In this document: in pieces, positions 18,748 to 29,148 of the stretch
How the letters are laid out: each line of letters opens with the position of its first letter
Position numbering within the stretch: the stretch's first letter is position 1
Assembly: GCA_037308085.1 (NCBI GenBank)
Contig: CP147779.1
Span: 608,001-672,000 of the forward strand
Origin: Promethearchaeati archaeon SRVP18_Atabeyarchaeia-1
GTDB taxonomy: Archaea; Asgardarchaeota; Atabeyarchaeia; Atabeyarchaeales; Atabeyarchaeaceae
Reading direction: 5' to 3'
Length of the DNA: 64,000 nucleotides
Translations under genes and position numbers: made by a program
The notes under the pieces: model-generated
What the model was told of the DNA's origin: nothing
The model's database searches: none
The model's input: the letters and a program-made list of their open reading frames with translations, nothing else

Positions 18748-20868
18748 ATGGTCAGGCGATGCGGTGAAATGGCAATGGATAACAAGTTCACATTGATTCT
18801 TGCAGAGAAACCAGATGCCGCTAAGCGAATAGCTACCGCCTTAGCACAGAAGATCATAAGTAGTCCTGGGAGAGGAGAGCTACCGTTTTACGAAATCCTA
18901 AGAAACGGTGAAAGAATAAGAGTCATGGCCGCAGTTGGGCATCTATACACGTTGAAGCAGTCTGGCAAGGGCTGGGATTATCCAGTTCTCAGCATGGAGT
19001 GGGTTCCCAGGTATGAGGTTGACAAGACCGCCAGCAACACTAGACGATTCGTGCAGAAGTTCCGTGAACTCTCGGTTGATACGGGATCCTTCATGGTTGC
19101 CACCGACTATGATATTGAGGGCGAGACAATTGCTTACTGCATACTAAAGTATGCGTGCGGAGAGAATGCCTTCAGACAGGCAAAAAGATTGAGGTTCTCC
19201 TCTCTAACAGATAGGGAATTGGTCGAGGCCTACGAACACCCATTGGCTCACATAGATCTCAGAATGGCTGAGGCGGGTGAAACGAGGCATAAAGTCGATT
19301 GGCTCTTTGGCATAAACATTTCAAGAGCGCTTATACTTGCAGTGAAACACGCAACGGGCAGATATTGGACTCTCAGCACTGGACGTGTCCAAGGACCGAC
19401 CTTGACATTCGTAGCCAACCGAGAATCCGCAATTAGAAGCTTCGTGCCAACACCATACTGGATCATCAATGCAAGTGCCGAGATGGAAGGCCAATTCTAT
19501 CATCTAGGGTACTCCAAAGATAAGATCAAAACGCTGGATGAGGCCAAGCGAATCGTCGACGCATGTCTCAGGAAGAAAGGCATTATTGAAGAAATCGAAA
19601 AGAAGCAAAACAAGACGCCGCCTCCGCATCCATTTGACTTGGGTTCGCTTCAATCAGAGGCATACAAGTTGTTTGGCTATACCCCAAGCAGAACTTCGTC
19701 GATTGCAGAAAGACTTTATCTGGCAGCATTGATCTCATACCCGAGAACAGGTAGCCAAAAGATACCTGCTTCGCTCGACCCAAGAAGTATACTGAAGCCA
19801 TTGACTCGAATCAAGAAGTACGAGCCTCTTGTGACCGAGCTTCTGAGAAAGGAGAAGCTAGTTCCATCCCAGGGAAGGAAAGAGGATCCGGCACACCCGC
19901 CCATAACTCCCACAGGTGTGGTGCCTTCCGAGAATGCTCTCTCAGAACCTGAAAACAGGATCTTCGATTTGATTGTCAGGAGATTCATGGCCATCTACGG
20001 CGACCCGGCAGTAAGTGAGACCGTCAGTGCGACCGTAAATGTCAATGGCGAGACCTTCTACCTTAGGGGAAGAAAGCTGATTGAAAAGGGCTGGCGCAAG
20101 TTCTATGAGCCCTACATCAAAGAAGGAGACGTATTGCTTCCCGAAATAAGAGTGGGACAGATCATTGAGAATATCGAAGCAAGCAAGGTGGACAAGTTCA
20201 CAGGTCCTCCCCCCAGGTACAACCCGGGCACACTACTGAGACTGATGGAGGAGCAGGAAATCGGCACGAAGGCGACGCGAGCAGAGATAATCGATACACT
20301 GAATCGACGGGGATACGTCACAGGCGAACAAGTTGTTATCACAGATCTTGGTTTTGCGATCGTGGATGTATTGCGGAAGTACTCCCCGGAGATCCTATCG
20401 GTAGACACGACCCGCCAGTTGGAGAGAGATATAGAGAGAATTCAGTTCGGGGAGATCAAAGGACCGGAAGTGATTTCAAGAACCATATCCTTCCTCGAAC
20501 CAGTTCTCCAAGAATTCAAAGCAAGGGAGACAGTAATAGGAACTGCCCTCAATGAAGCGCTCCGTGAGTCGCTAAGAAAATCATCGACAATAGGCCCTTG
20601 CCCAGCCTGCAAGGCGGGCGAACTAATGGTGATAAGATCAAGGAAAACTGGAAAAAGATTCGTAGGTTGCACCAACTACCAGAATGGTGGATGCAGGTTT
20701 ACTGCACCCCTTCCCCAATCCGGAGTTGTCCAGCCGACCTTCAAGAAATGCCCAAGTTGCCAGTTCCCCATCGTCATTGTGAAACTGAAGGGCAGAAAAC
20801 CATGGCAGCTGTGCATCAACCCAGAGTGCGAAACGAAGACGAGAACCAGAGCGAAGCGGAGTACTTAA
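18748..20868 (+). CDS. topA: DNA topoisomerase I (type IA)
   Basis: LAEKPDAAKRIA, ATDYDIEGE, STGRVQGPTL, LISYPRT, C-terminal Zn ribbons. Confidence 0.95.
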   Translation: MVRRCGEMAMDNKFTLILAEKPDAAKRIATALAQKIISSPGRGELPFYEILRNGERIRVMAAVGHLYTLKQSGKGWDYPVLSMEWVPRYEVDKTASNTRRFVQKFRELSVDTGSFMVATDYDIEGETIAYCILKYACGENAFRQAKRLRFSSLTDRELVEAYEHPLAHIDLRMAEAGETRHKVDWLFGINISRALILAVKHATGRYWTLSTGRVQGPTLTFVANRESAIRSFVPTPYWIINASAEMEGQFYHLGYSKDKIKTLDEAKRIVDACLRKKGIIEEIEKKQNKTPPPHPFDLGSLQSEAYKLFGYTPSRTSSIAERLYLAALISYPRTGSQKIPASLDPRSILKPLTRIKKYEPLVTELLRKEKLVPSQGRKEDPAHPPITPTGVVPSENALSEPENRIFDLIVRRFMAIYGDPAVSETVSATVNVNGETFYLRGRKLIEKGWRKFYEPYIKEGDVLLPEIRVGQIIENIEASKVDKFTGPPPRYNPGTLLRLMEEQEIGTKATRAEIIDTLNRRGYVTGEQVVITDLGFAIVDVLRKYSPEILSVDTTRQLERDIERIQFGEIKGPEVISRTISFLEPVLQEFKARETVIGTALNEALRESLRKSSTIGPCPACKAGELMVIRSRKTGKRFVGCTNYQNGGCRFTAPLPQSGVVQPTFKKCPSCQFPIVIVKLKGRKPWQLCINPECETKTRTRAKRST

Positions 20869-20902
20869 GGGAAGTTATCCAACACTTGGGTTGCTCTCCA
20901 TC

Positions 20903-21163
20903 TCAAAGCTCCATCAAATATCCTCTCTCCAGCAAATAGTTTGCCATCTCCACAACCCATTCGCCTGAATTGGGGTTCTTGATGAGAAGGTTTAGGTACT
21001 GCTCTCTCGTGACTGATCCATAGGCATTTGCCCATACGCGGAACCCCTTCCGAATATTGTCTAGTGCCAACTGATGAGAGGAACAGAAGAGAGCACCATT
21101 GTGTAGCATTCTGGCTCGACAGATGGGGCAGGATTTACGGTTATCCTCATTTGTATTACTCAC
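20903..21163 (-). CDS. Small Cys/His-containing hypothetical protein
   Basis: CPIC...CSSH motif; fills the gap after topA. Confidence 0.65.
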   Translation of the reverse strand: MSNTNEDNRKSCPICRARMLHNGALFCSSHQLALDNIRKGFRVWANAYGSVTREQYLNLLIKNPNSGEWVVEMANYLLERGYLMEL

Positions 21164-21294
21164 AGGGGATCGCCTACGAAGTCCTTGGACTCACCGTTAT
21201 GATAAGAGAAAAACGCTAATGCTGCAACACATTTATAAACTTGGTCAAGCAATAATTTCAAACTGACTCATGCCGAAGGAGCGCGTGACACCAG

Positions 21295-21726
21295 ATGGTT
21301 CGAACCCCATGGCCTAGATTCCTGAGGAAGCCGAAGCTGAGGCTTGGCAAGCCGAGCCTGAGGATGCCACAGAAGCCATCCAGTTCCACAGTCTTTGGTC
21401 TCACGCTAGTGTTCCTCCTATTCGTATTTGGCGGAGGAGTGTGGGATATCGTCTTCAGAAGCCAACTGCTACCTTACGGCACACCTTCAAGCACATCAGT
21501 GGTCTATATCTATCCAAGTCTTGACGCCCAGTTTATTCTCGAAGGTCTAGTTGCCAGTGCCTTTATTTTCATCGGGTTTATGGGCGTCGTTATAATGTAC
21601 CAGAGTACGCGCCACGTGTATAGACCGAACTACGCAAGGCTACTGCTAATCTCAGGCATGGTCCTCGTCTTAATCGCCTACATCGTGGCGATAATAATGT
21701 TAGGCGCGAAGTTCACGACGAGCTAG
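21295..21726 (+). CDS. OSTC/DC2- or OST3/OST6-like oligosaccharyltransferase subunit
   Basis: Three TM helices with QFILEGLVASAFIFIGFMG, similar to the QY/FxxEG motif of this family. Confidence 0.65.
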   Translation: MVRTPWPRFLRKPKLRLGKPSLRMPQKPSSSTVFGLTLVFLLFVFGGGVWDIVFRSQLLPYGTPSSTSVVYIYPSLDAQFILEGLVASAFIFIGFMGVVIMYQSTRHVYRPNYARLLLISGMVLVLIAYIVAIIMLGAKFTTS

Positions 21727-21760
21727 CAGGAGAGGCATGCGCGTGCCACCCTAGGACCAC

Positions 21761-22315
21761 TTACCAGGGAACTCTTTTGAGACCTAGCAGGTAGCTGAGA
21801 CCATTAGTCAACAGATGAATCAAGGGCGTAGCAACAACTAGAATGATCACGTATTCCCAGGGAACAGGAAAAACGAAGGAAACCAGTGCAAATGCCACAA
21901 CCAGAAAGGTTAGTTGGTCAAGAACCGGCGCAGGTGCTCCTCTCCTGAATCCCATTCTTCTTTTGATGAACGAGCCTAGCAGATCACCCGTGAGCGCTCC
22001 CAACGATAGCAAAAGTGCTCGCGAGAGCGTGCACTGAAGGGTCTCAATCGAGATTGATGACAGTATCGTCAGTTTGCCAAGCTCGAAGATAACTCTGCTT
22101 GAGACAAAAGATTCAAATATGCCTACCAGGAGCCCTCCAATGATTCCTCCCGCAAAACCCCTTATCGTTTTTCCGTCCCCGAAAACTCTCCGTCCATCGA
22201 AGAAGTCTCTCCCAAAATCCATTGGCTTGCCTCCACCTACCAGTACCGGTACCGCATTAGCCGCGTAGGCAGGAAAGACAAACCAGAAAGACAGAGCCAC
22301 AGTCCAGATATCCAT
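21761..22315 (-). CDS. carS: CDP-archaeol synthase
   Basis: PAYAANAVPV, DGRRVFGDGKT, GDLLGSFIKRR, LDQL, KRVPW; ATG 22315 after GGAGGT. Confidence 0.92.
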   Translation of the reverse strand: MDIWTVALSFWFVFPAYAANAVPVLVGGGKPMDFGRDFFDGRRVFGDGKTIRGFAGGIIGGLLVGIFESFVSSRVIFELGKLTILSSISIETLQCTLSRALLLSLGALTGDLLGSFIKRRMGFRRGAPAPVLDQLTFLVVAFALVSFVFPVPWEYVIILVVATPLIHLLTNGLSYLLGLKRVPW

Positions 22316-22367
22316 ATCCGCTTGACCTCCAGCATTTGTCTGATTTGCACCCGAAGGTTGTCCCGCA

Positions 22368-23051
22368 CTAGGAGGCGCCCAGCGCACTCGGGGAAAAGGT
22401 AGCAGAGCCCCCCACAGCGTGGCGGTGATGTTTCTCTAGGATGGCCTTTCTACAACCTGGACCACCCGCTATCTCAAGCCTCAATGACACGTTGCACCAA
22501 GGGCCGACGACTTGACTCCCAACTGGAGCGAAGCCTGCCTCGGCATCTTTGCGAGGACCCCCCCTAGCTTGATTCAATATCATGACAGCCACATCGGAGC
22601 GCTCCGCAACGTGCAGTAACATGGCCATTTGCCTGCACAGCTCCATGCTGAAGTAAACGTTCTCTTCTCGATCAAGGCTCATCGCGTATCTGTAAAGGGA
22701 ACCAACTGAATCAAAAACGATCAACTGAACACCCTCCTTGACCAGCATCTCGATTGAATCAATTATGTTTGACTGTTCCGAGAACGAGCGAGGCGACAAG
22801 AGGAGGAACTTACACAAATCAAGACCGCCAAAGCGGCGCGAAATCTGAAGGAACCGCTTCCTTGGGAATGAGGAATCTGCAACAACATAAACAACCTTCC
22901 CGCCTTTGGACACGCAGCCCAGTGCACACTGGAGCGCTATGGACGTCTTACCAGAACCTGCAGCACCGTAGATCTGTGTAAGAATTCCACTTTCGATACC
23001 ACCACCCAGCAGGTCGTCTATGGGTTTACACAAGGTCGGAATAATCTTCAA
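22368..23051 (-). CDS. radB: RadB recombinase paralog
   Basis: IDDLLGGGIE, GAAGSGKTS, IVFDS, ILNQ, LEKH; TTG 23051 after GGAGGAG. Confidence 0.8.
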   Translation of the reverse strand: MKIIPTLCKPIDDLLGGGIESGILTQIYGAAGSGKTSIALQCALGCVSKGGKVVYVVADSSFPRKRFLQISRRFGGLDLCKFLLLSPRSFSEQSNIIDSIEMLVKEGVQLIVFDSVGSLYRYAMSLDREENVYFSMELCRQMAMLLHVAERSDVAVMILNQARGGPRKDAEAGFAPVGSQVVGPWCNVSLRLEIAGGPGCRKAILEKHHRHAVGGSATFSPSALGAS

Positions 23052-23157
23052 GCGATTTCTCCTCCAAGCTTTGCGAAAACAAGGCGTCTGGCAATCCGTG
23101 GGAACATGAACATCTTGCGTATCAACCCTAGTCACACTTAGTTTGAGACAAGCTTCT

Positions 23158-25128
23158 TTAAGTTATTGAAGGCCCAACCGAGCCATAGAATTCTCGAAGT
23201 TCACGGAAGATCCTTCCATCCTCGTCTGGAAGGACTTTACAGGATTCGCGGATCCAGGAGGGTAGGAGCCTGAGGCACGGAGACCCCGCGAACCTGTAAT
23301 CCAAGAACACGACGGCGCCTCTGTCATCACCCGATCTGAACGCCCTCCCAGCAGCCTGTGAGGCCTTTCTCACCGCAGGCACATTATATCCATATTCTTT
23401 GCCCTTCTTGGGAAACTTGGATTCGTAGTAGTCGATTGAAGCCTTTACCCGAGCTGTTGGTTTCGCGTAGGGAACTCCTACTACAATGACAGTATCCAAT
23501 AGGTTCCCCGGCAGATCTAGTCCTTCAGAATTCCTCCCCCCTTGTACCCCTAGTAGGACGCCGCCCCCAGATGAGGCGCTCTCGCGGAAGCGTTCAATCA
23601 GCTCGTCGTTTCTCGTTGAAGTGGAGCCAGATGTCTCGACAAACAGGGGCTTACGCAACAGAGCCTCCAGGCCAGCCTCCATCAGCCCGTGAAGAACCTC
23701 ATACGAGGCCGCAAAAATGCCTGAATTAAGAGGGGTCGAGTTCACAGCTTCGGCAGTGCGCGCTGAGAGCTTCTCGTACGTCTTCATCGATCTCGCGGTT
23801 AATGACGTGGTTACGCCTCTGCAGATTACGATCTTTATGTTCTCTTTCGGAAAAGGCGAACCAAAGACGTATCCCTTGGTTTCTTTTGGCAGCCCTACGA
23901 CGTCGATGTAGCAGTCAAGCGGCTCAAGTGTTCCTGACATGCTGATGCTCGAGTGGAAATCTGGTAGCACATGCGCCAATACCTCCGCTGGATCAAGACA
24001 TAAAACCTCCAAGTACGTAGTGAAGTCGGCGCCTGAACCCCCGTTGCCTCTTTTGCCTATAAGGTGCAAGTAGTTCTTCTTGGCGCAGGTATCGAGCCAT
24101 TTTAGTAGAAATGCCGCTACACGATGAATATTAGATCTAGGTGGCTTTCCTCTGTCCAGAAGGGCCCGCTTGACCGATTCCCCTTGGCCATGCAGGGACT
24201 CAAGCATCCCGTCGATCCTGTCCGACTTATCACCACATTCACTTAGTATTCTGTTTATCAGAACCGAAGCGGGGAGAGCCGTCTCAGCCAGTGCACTGTA
24301 CTCCTGTAAGCTGTCAACTGCCCGCGCAACATTCGCAAGGAATCTATGAGATTCTGGTAGACCAAAACTTCTCGCCTCAATCTCCGCTCTCTTTAGGGTG
24401 AAGTCACCCAGTCTGTCACTCGCCGTATTGATGGCCGCGTCCGGAAGATTGTGAGCCTCATCCATGACCAAGATATATGAGGACAGTGGATGCTCGAAGT
24501 TCTTCAATAGGGACTGCCTAATCTCATCGTGCAGAAGGTAGTTGTAGCTCATCGCGGCTACGTCGACCTTGCCGACAACGAGCTTTGCTAATTCATATGG
24601 GCATACGCCAAGTCTCTTACAGGTTTCGACAACTTCGGTGAAGAGTGAGGGCTGGACAGTGATTCTCCGCAATTCCTCTTCAAAGCTTCTGCCACGATTT
24701 CTGAGCCTCTCGAAAAAGCGACAAGAATGGCGCTTCTTGAGTTCGCCACATATCTCCATCGCAGTGGTTGCATCGATAGCGTACCGAGAGATAAGCTTGT
24801 TGAAGCAGGCCTCAGATCTACCGCGAATTGATATTCCACTCGCCTGAACAGAGGATCTGTTAATGACTTTCAGTTCCTCAATTGCTCTGTCACACTCTTT
24901 GTGGGTCCGCGCAACATAGAGGATCCTCAAACCGTTCTCTTTCGCAAAGGGTAGAGTTGCAGCGAGCACGCCAATTGTCTTACCGAGGCCGCTTGCCGCA
25001 GCGACTGCTATGTGTTCTCCCTGCCTAACTGCATCATAAATGACGTTAATGAATTCATCTTGATACCGCCTGACTGTCGGATAAGGAAAGCAATTTAGGC
25101 GAGGAGACGACAAGAAAGACACCAACAC
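23158..25128 (-). CDS. XPD/Rad3-family Fe-S DNA helicase
   Basis: FPY, ASGLGKT, Fe-S cysteines, CPYE, DEAHNL, SGTLEP, QAAGR, LDYRF. Confidence 0.92.
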   Translation of the reverse strand: MLVSFLSSPRLNCFPYPTVRRYQDEFINVIYDAVRQGEHIAVAAASGLGKTIGVLAATLPFAKENGLRILYVARTHKECDRAIEELKVINRSSVQASGISIRGRSEACFNKLISRYAIDATTAMEICGELKKRHSCRFFERLRNRGRSFEEELRRITVQPSLFTEVVETCKRLGVCPYELAKLVVGKVDVAAMSYNYLLHDEIRQSLLKNFEHPLSSYILVMDEAHNLPDAAINTASDRLGDFTLKRAEIEARSFGLPESHRFLANVARAVDSLQEYSALAETALPASVLINRILSECGDKSDRIDGMLESLHGQGESVKRALLDRGKPPRSNIHRVAAFLLKWLDTCAKKNYLHLIGKRGNGGSGADFTTYLEVLCLDPAEVLAHVLPDFHSSISMSGTLEPLDCYIDVVGLPKETKGYVFGSPFPKENIKIVICRGVTTSLTARSMKTYEKLSARTAEAVNSTPLNSGIFAASYEVLHGLMEAGLEALLRKPLFVETSGSTSTRNDELIERFRESASSGGGVLLGVQGGRNSEGLDLPGNLLDTVIVVGVPYAKPTARVKASIDYYESKFPKKGKEYGYNVPAVRKASQAAGRAFRSGDDRGAVVFLDYRFAGSPCLRLLPSWIRESCKVLPDEDGRIFRELREFYGSVGPSIT

Positions 25129-25346
25129 CTCCTAGTTATATTCCTTGTTAATAATAGTTCCATCTATTGGAGAGGCAACCTGTCTTAAGTCTCATTGGTC
25201 TGCCTGAAGCATTGAACGCAGGCTGGATCTGCGACACAATTAGGCTGTCTCCTGAGCCAGAATCCACCACCTTTTATAGGAGGGCACCAAATGATTGATC
25301 AGGGCGCCTAATCTCCTTCAGTTACCCGGACAGTGTCTGACGGAAC

Positions 25347-25718
25347 GTGGGATATGGAATGACTATAAGACTCGTCGAAGAGTCATGTGAACTCACGGGT
25401 GCGAAGCTTTCAGTGTCCATACTTAGCCTTGAAAACGCCACACTTGTGCTGGTAACGGACAAGAGAAATCAGTACAGGATTGGAACCGTCGCGCTCGCAA
25501 TGCCGATAACGGGGAGAACAGGAGAGGCACCACCATCTATCCTCACGCTATTCGGCTCGGGAGGAGGACTTCTTGCGAAGGCTCTTGCGGGGAGGATATC
25601 AAATAGGACAGGCAAGACAGTGCTTTCAATAGTGGGTTTAATGGACGATGACCTGGGAACAGTTTCATCAATACTTAGAGTATCGGAGAGAATCCTAGAG
25701 AAGATGTCATCCACTTAG
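25347..25718 (+). CDS. Hypothetical protein, possibly proteasome assembly chaperone 4-like
   Basis: LAKALAGRISNRTGKTV resembles the PAC4 C-terminal helix-strand; recalled similarity only. Confidence 0.45.
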   Translation: MGYGMTIRLVEESCELTGAKLSVSILSLENATLVLVTDKRNQYRIGTVALAMPITGRTGEAPPSILTLFGSGGGLLAKALAGRISNRTGKTVLSIVGLMDDDLGTVSSILRVSERILEKMSST

Positions 25719-25787
25719 CTATGATATTGCGTCAAACGATGAAAGCCATAGGAGCACAGACCATAAGTAGTTCGAGAAGATAACAGA

Positions 25788-27089
25788 GTGCAAGTGTATT
25801 GTGAGATGAAAGGTAAAATGTCGAAAGCTTGGGGTTTCATTAAGTGCCCTCTTTACAACTACATACACATAAGCCGCTTTGAAAAGGATCTCATAGACAC
25901 CTATCCATTTCAGAGGCTAAGGAGGCTTAGACAGCTCGTTGGGGCAGAGTACGTTTACCCTGGTGCATGCCATACTCGACTCGAGCATTCTCTGGGAGTA
26001 ATGCACTTGGCTGGAGAGCTGTCGACTAATCTGGAAAAGAGCGGGCAGCTCAAAAAAACAGAAGTGCAGGAGATCAAGATCTCAGCACTCCTCCACGATA
26101 TTGGGCATGGTCCCTTCTCGCACGTCTTTGAGCCATTGTTGATTCAGGATCTGAAAAAGACGCATGAGGATATGAGTACTTGGATCATTAGGAAGACCGA
26201 AGTCGCTGATATCATGAATAACGAAGGAGTAGATCCTGCCAGGGTCAGCGAACTAGCAGTAGGCAGACTCAAAGACGCCAAGAAGTTCATGAACCAAATC
26301 ATATCGAGTGCCGTGGACGTTGACAAGATGGATTTTGTCGGAAGAGATACTTATCACACTGGAGCGGAGTACGGGCATGTTGACATCTTCCGACTTATAT
26401 ACACCATGGACACATTGGATGACTGCATAGCAGTTGACTTGACTGCACTGACTACTCTTGAAACCTTCATTCTCGCTAGGATTGAATCCTTCAGAGCCAT
26501 CTACTTCCATCGTGTCTCCAGGGCAGCTCAGATAATGCTTGAGAAGGCCTTGTACTACGCCAGAGACGAGCTGGGCATCACGAAGTTTGACAGCGTCGAC
26601 GACTACTTGAAGTTGGATGACTACACGATGTGGACTTATTTGAAGCAAGCAAAGGAGTCGGGAAAGATAATCGATAGACTCGAGCGACGAGATCTGCTGA
26701 AACAGGCTTATGAGAAGACGTTTCTAGCCAAGGACGAGATGCTTACCAGTGTTCTGACAAACGAGAAGATCCGATCAGAGCTTGAGAACCAATTATCCAA
26801 AACTGCAAACCTGCCCCCTGAGCAGGTGATAATAGATGTCCCCTCCTTGCCATCAGTGGCTACATCCCATGCGATGTCTCCGGAGCACATGGAGATTCCT
26901 ATGTTCTACAAGGATCATAATGGCAGGAAGAACCCACGCAGGTTGAGCGATGCATCAAAAATAATAGATCTACTTAGAGGATACATGAACATAGTGAGAG
27001 TTTACACGACTCGAGAGAACAGAGAAGCCGTCAGCAGAGCCTCGGAAAAGCTTCTCGGAAGACCGCAGTCACTAGAGATATCATATTGA
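25788..27089 (+). CDS. HD-domain phosphohydrolase (SAMHD1/dNTPase-like)
   Basis: FQRLRRLRQL, HTRLEHSLG, LLHDIGHGPFSH, DVDKMD. Confidence 0.92.
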   Translation: MQVYCEMKGKMSKAWGFIKCPLYNYIHISRFEKDLIDTYPFQRLRRLRQLVGAEYVYPGACHTRLEHSLGVMHLAGELSTNLEKSGQLKKTEVQEIKISALLHDIGHGPFSHVFEPLLIQDLKKTHEDMSTWIIRKTEVADIMNNEGVDPARVSELAVGRLKDAKKFMNQIISSAVDVDKMDFVGRDTYHTGAEYGHVDIFRLIYTMDTLDDCIAVDLTALTTLETFILARIESFRAIYFHRVSRAAQIMLEKALYYARDELGITKFDSVDDYLKLDDYTMWTYLKQAKESGKIIDRLERRDLLKQAYEKTFLAKDEMLTSVLTNEKIRSELENQLSKTANLPPEQVIIDVPSLPSVATSHAMSPEHMEIPMFYKDHNGRKNPRRLSDASKIIDLLRGYMNIVRVYTTRENREAVSRASEKLLGRPQSLEISY

Positions 27090-27127
27090 GTTGCATTAAC
27101 CACTGCGATCTTGATCTTAATGGGAAC

Positions 27128-27466
27128 CTACTTTCCGACAACGTAGGAGCGGATCTCTTCCCAGAGCTCCTTGCGAAGCCTAGCGATATCGTTCAATTCA
27201 ACGACCTCTGCGTCTTTGACGGCATTCTGAAGCTGGATTACGTTACCTACCGCACTAACATTTTTGACATCGACGGGGAATTCAACGTCGAGGCCTTTCA
27301 CAATCAGCTCAACACGAGGGCCTGGAAGAGCGATCCTTATGCTTCTTACTATGCCAACGATTCTTGCGGCTCCGTCTATCACGGCTCTCCCAACAAGTCG
27401 CCCAGGCATCATGAGCTCATAAAGTTCGGCTTCTGTTACGGATCGTATATCCTCAGGGGGTACCAA
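27128..27466 (-). CDS. PRC-barrel domain protein
   Basis: LVGRAVID..ARIVGIV...VSAVGNVIQL pattern. Confidence 0.65.
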   Translation of the reverse strand: MVPPEDIRSVTEAELYELMMPGRLVGRAVIDGAARIVGIVRSIRIALPGPRVELIVKGLDVEFPVDVKNVSAVGNVIQLQNAVKDAEVVELNDIARLRKELWEEIRSYVVGK

Positions 27467-27527
27467 GCTAATACCTCCAGTTGCACTCTCATTAATGTGA
27501 CTATACAGTATATGCTGAACTATCTTT

Positions 27528-28067
27528 TCAGTTTATCTGAAGTTCCTGAAGGTCCTCGATGGTAATAATGTCTCCGTCGAAACCGTCCAACCGTCCTTCA
27601 CGGTTGATCGATTCCGCGATTGTGGCAACGAGGATCTCTGGCTCTGTTCTTCTCATGCCACTTAGCTGAAACACTCTTATTGAAGAGGGTGACATAGAAA
27701 AGCGGACAATGTATCGGTCCGGAACCAGATTCACGGTCCTGGCATTTTTCACGTAACGATAGTTTATGTAGACTATGAAGTCTAGAGACAGTGGCGCAGC
27801 CGATAATCTGGACACCCGACCCGCTTGGTCTTCATCGAGGTAATTGAAACACAACCCTTCAGCCACCCCGACTTCAAAGGATCTTGTTACCGAGAAGGAT
27901 CCATCGTGACCTGCGATGGATGTATCGACCTTGTCTTCGATCTTGTTCAGTTTCTGCATGCCGCGTGCTATGGCGGCGACCAGATCTATGCCCGATTTAC
28001 TCAGCGAGAGCTTAACGTCTAGGTGCACGATCAATGGAAAACCCGTGTAGACGCCAAGGTCGCCCAT
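27528..28067 (-). CDS. Hypothetical protein
   Basis: 179-aa ORF tightly co-oriented with its neighbours. Confidence 0.65.
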   Translation of the reverse strand: MGDLGVYTGFPLIVHLDVKLSLSKSGIDLVAAIARGMQKLNKIEDKVDTSIAGHDGSFSVTRSFEVGVAEGLCFNYLDEDQAGRVSRLSAAPLSLDFIVYINYRYVKNARTVNLVPDRYIVRFSMSPSSIRVFQLSGMRRTEPEILVATIAESINREGRLDGFDGDIITIEDLQELQIN

Positions 28068-28074
28068 CGTCCAG

Positions 28075-28428
28075 TCAATCCTTTTTCCTTTTGTGTTCCC
28101 TTAAGCTGTCTAGGAGCCTGAGAACCTCGAGGAACTTCAGCGTAATTTCGGCAAGCTGAGCCAGCTTGTTGAGATCGGTGGTTTTGCCGATTTCAACTTC
28201 AAGTTCGTGGATTTTCCTCAATACAGTGGAATTCGCTGCAGACAAGTTCTCCATCACATTATCAGGTTCGGATGTCGCTTTGGCGCTGTCCGTGGAATAG
28301 CCACAGTTGGCGCAGAACACCTTTCCCTTTTGCTTGAATAATGGTGAATTGCAGATGGGACAAGCATCTTGAAGCATCGTGGCTCCTGATCTAAGGAGCT
28401 CTGCCATCTTCTTAATTTGCTCATTCAT
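28075..28428 (-). CDS. UPF0148 / Sjogren autoantigen p27 Zn-ribbon protein
   Basis: [12 protein letters not shown]...CPIC.SPLF...GKVFCANC. Confidence 0.85.
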   Translation of the reverse strand: MNEQIKKMAELLRSGATMLQDACPICNSPLFKQKGKVFCANCGYSTDSAKATSEPDNVMENLSAANSTVLRKIHELEVEIGKTTDLNKLAQLAEITLKFLEVLRLLDSLREHKRKKD

Positions 28429-28525
28429 ATACTAGGTTCAGCTCTATGGAAAAGTATTTCTATCAACTATGACCTCTGACACACAGTAAGGTTAGTATAG
28501 CCTGTTATATACTTCACTGGCGAGG

Positions 28526-28831
28526 ATGCGTTCCAACCGAGGGATAAGCAATATGAGTAAAAGAGCGACCCAGAAACACCAGCCGACTGTCGACGAAGCC
28601 GTTCAGATTCTGAATGGAATAATGAAGCCTGAAGCGCAGATACCACGTAACATAAAAAGAGCGGCCAACAACGCTATTAGTGAACTGCAATCTGGAAGAG
28701 GTAGTTATGGCCTAAGAGCCTCAAACGCCATATCGGTCCTCGAAGAGGTTTCCCAAGATCCAAACTGCCCTCCTTATGCGCGGACGATGATTCTTCAAGT
28801 ACTCGCCAAATTGGAGACCATACGAGACTGA
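28526..28831 (+). CDS. UPF0147 family protein
   Basis: PRNIKRAA, RASNAISVLEEVSQDPN.P.YART. Confidence 0.88.
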   Translation: MRSNRGISNMSKRATQKHQPTVDEAVQILNGIMKPEAQIPRNIKRAANNAISELQSGRGSYGLRASNAISVLEEVSQDPNCPPYARTMILQVLAKLETIRD

Positions 28832-28888
28832 CCAACGTCGCGCAAAGACCTAGAGGCTTTATCTAGAGCAGAACCCAGTACTCCAAAT

Positions 28889-29033
28889 GCGGGGGTGCCC
28901 GAGCCTGGTCAAAGGGGGTAGACACGCTCAAAGCGTGACCTGTGCTCAGGACCTATCGGCGTAGTGGCATGGAATGCTCATCTCGAGCAGCCGACGCAAG
29001 CCTGCGAGGGTTCGAAGCCCTCCCCCCGCACCA
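28889..29033 (+). tRNA. tRNA-Leu(CAG) with two non-canonical introns (~28922-28943 anticodon stem; ~28965-28999 variable arm)
   Basis: GCGGGGG/CCCCCGC-ACCA. Removing 22 and 35 nt gives GTAGG-CTCAGGA-CCTAT and CGGCGTAGGCCTG, an 88-nt type II tRNA. Confidence 0.88.
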
Positions 29034-29148
29034 CCGCCGACATACTAGTCTTCGTCTTGAGTTTTGCTCTTGCCTGTCAAAGAGCGCGTGCCCAGAGTCA
29101 GACTAGGATTCCTTCTCTTCCTCCATTCCGCCTTATCTACGAAAAAGA

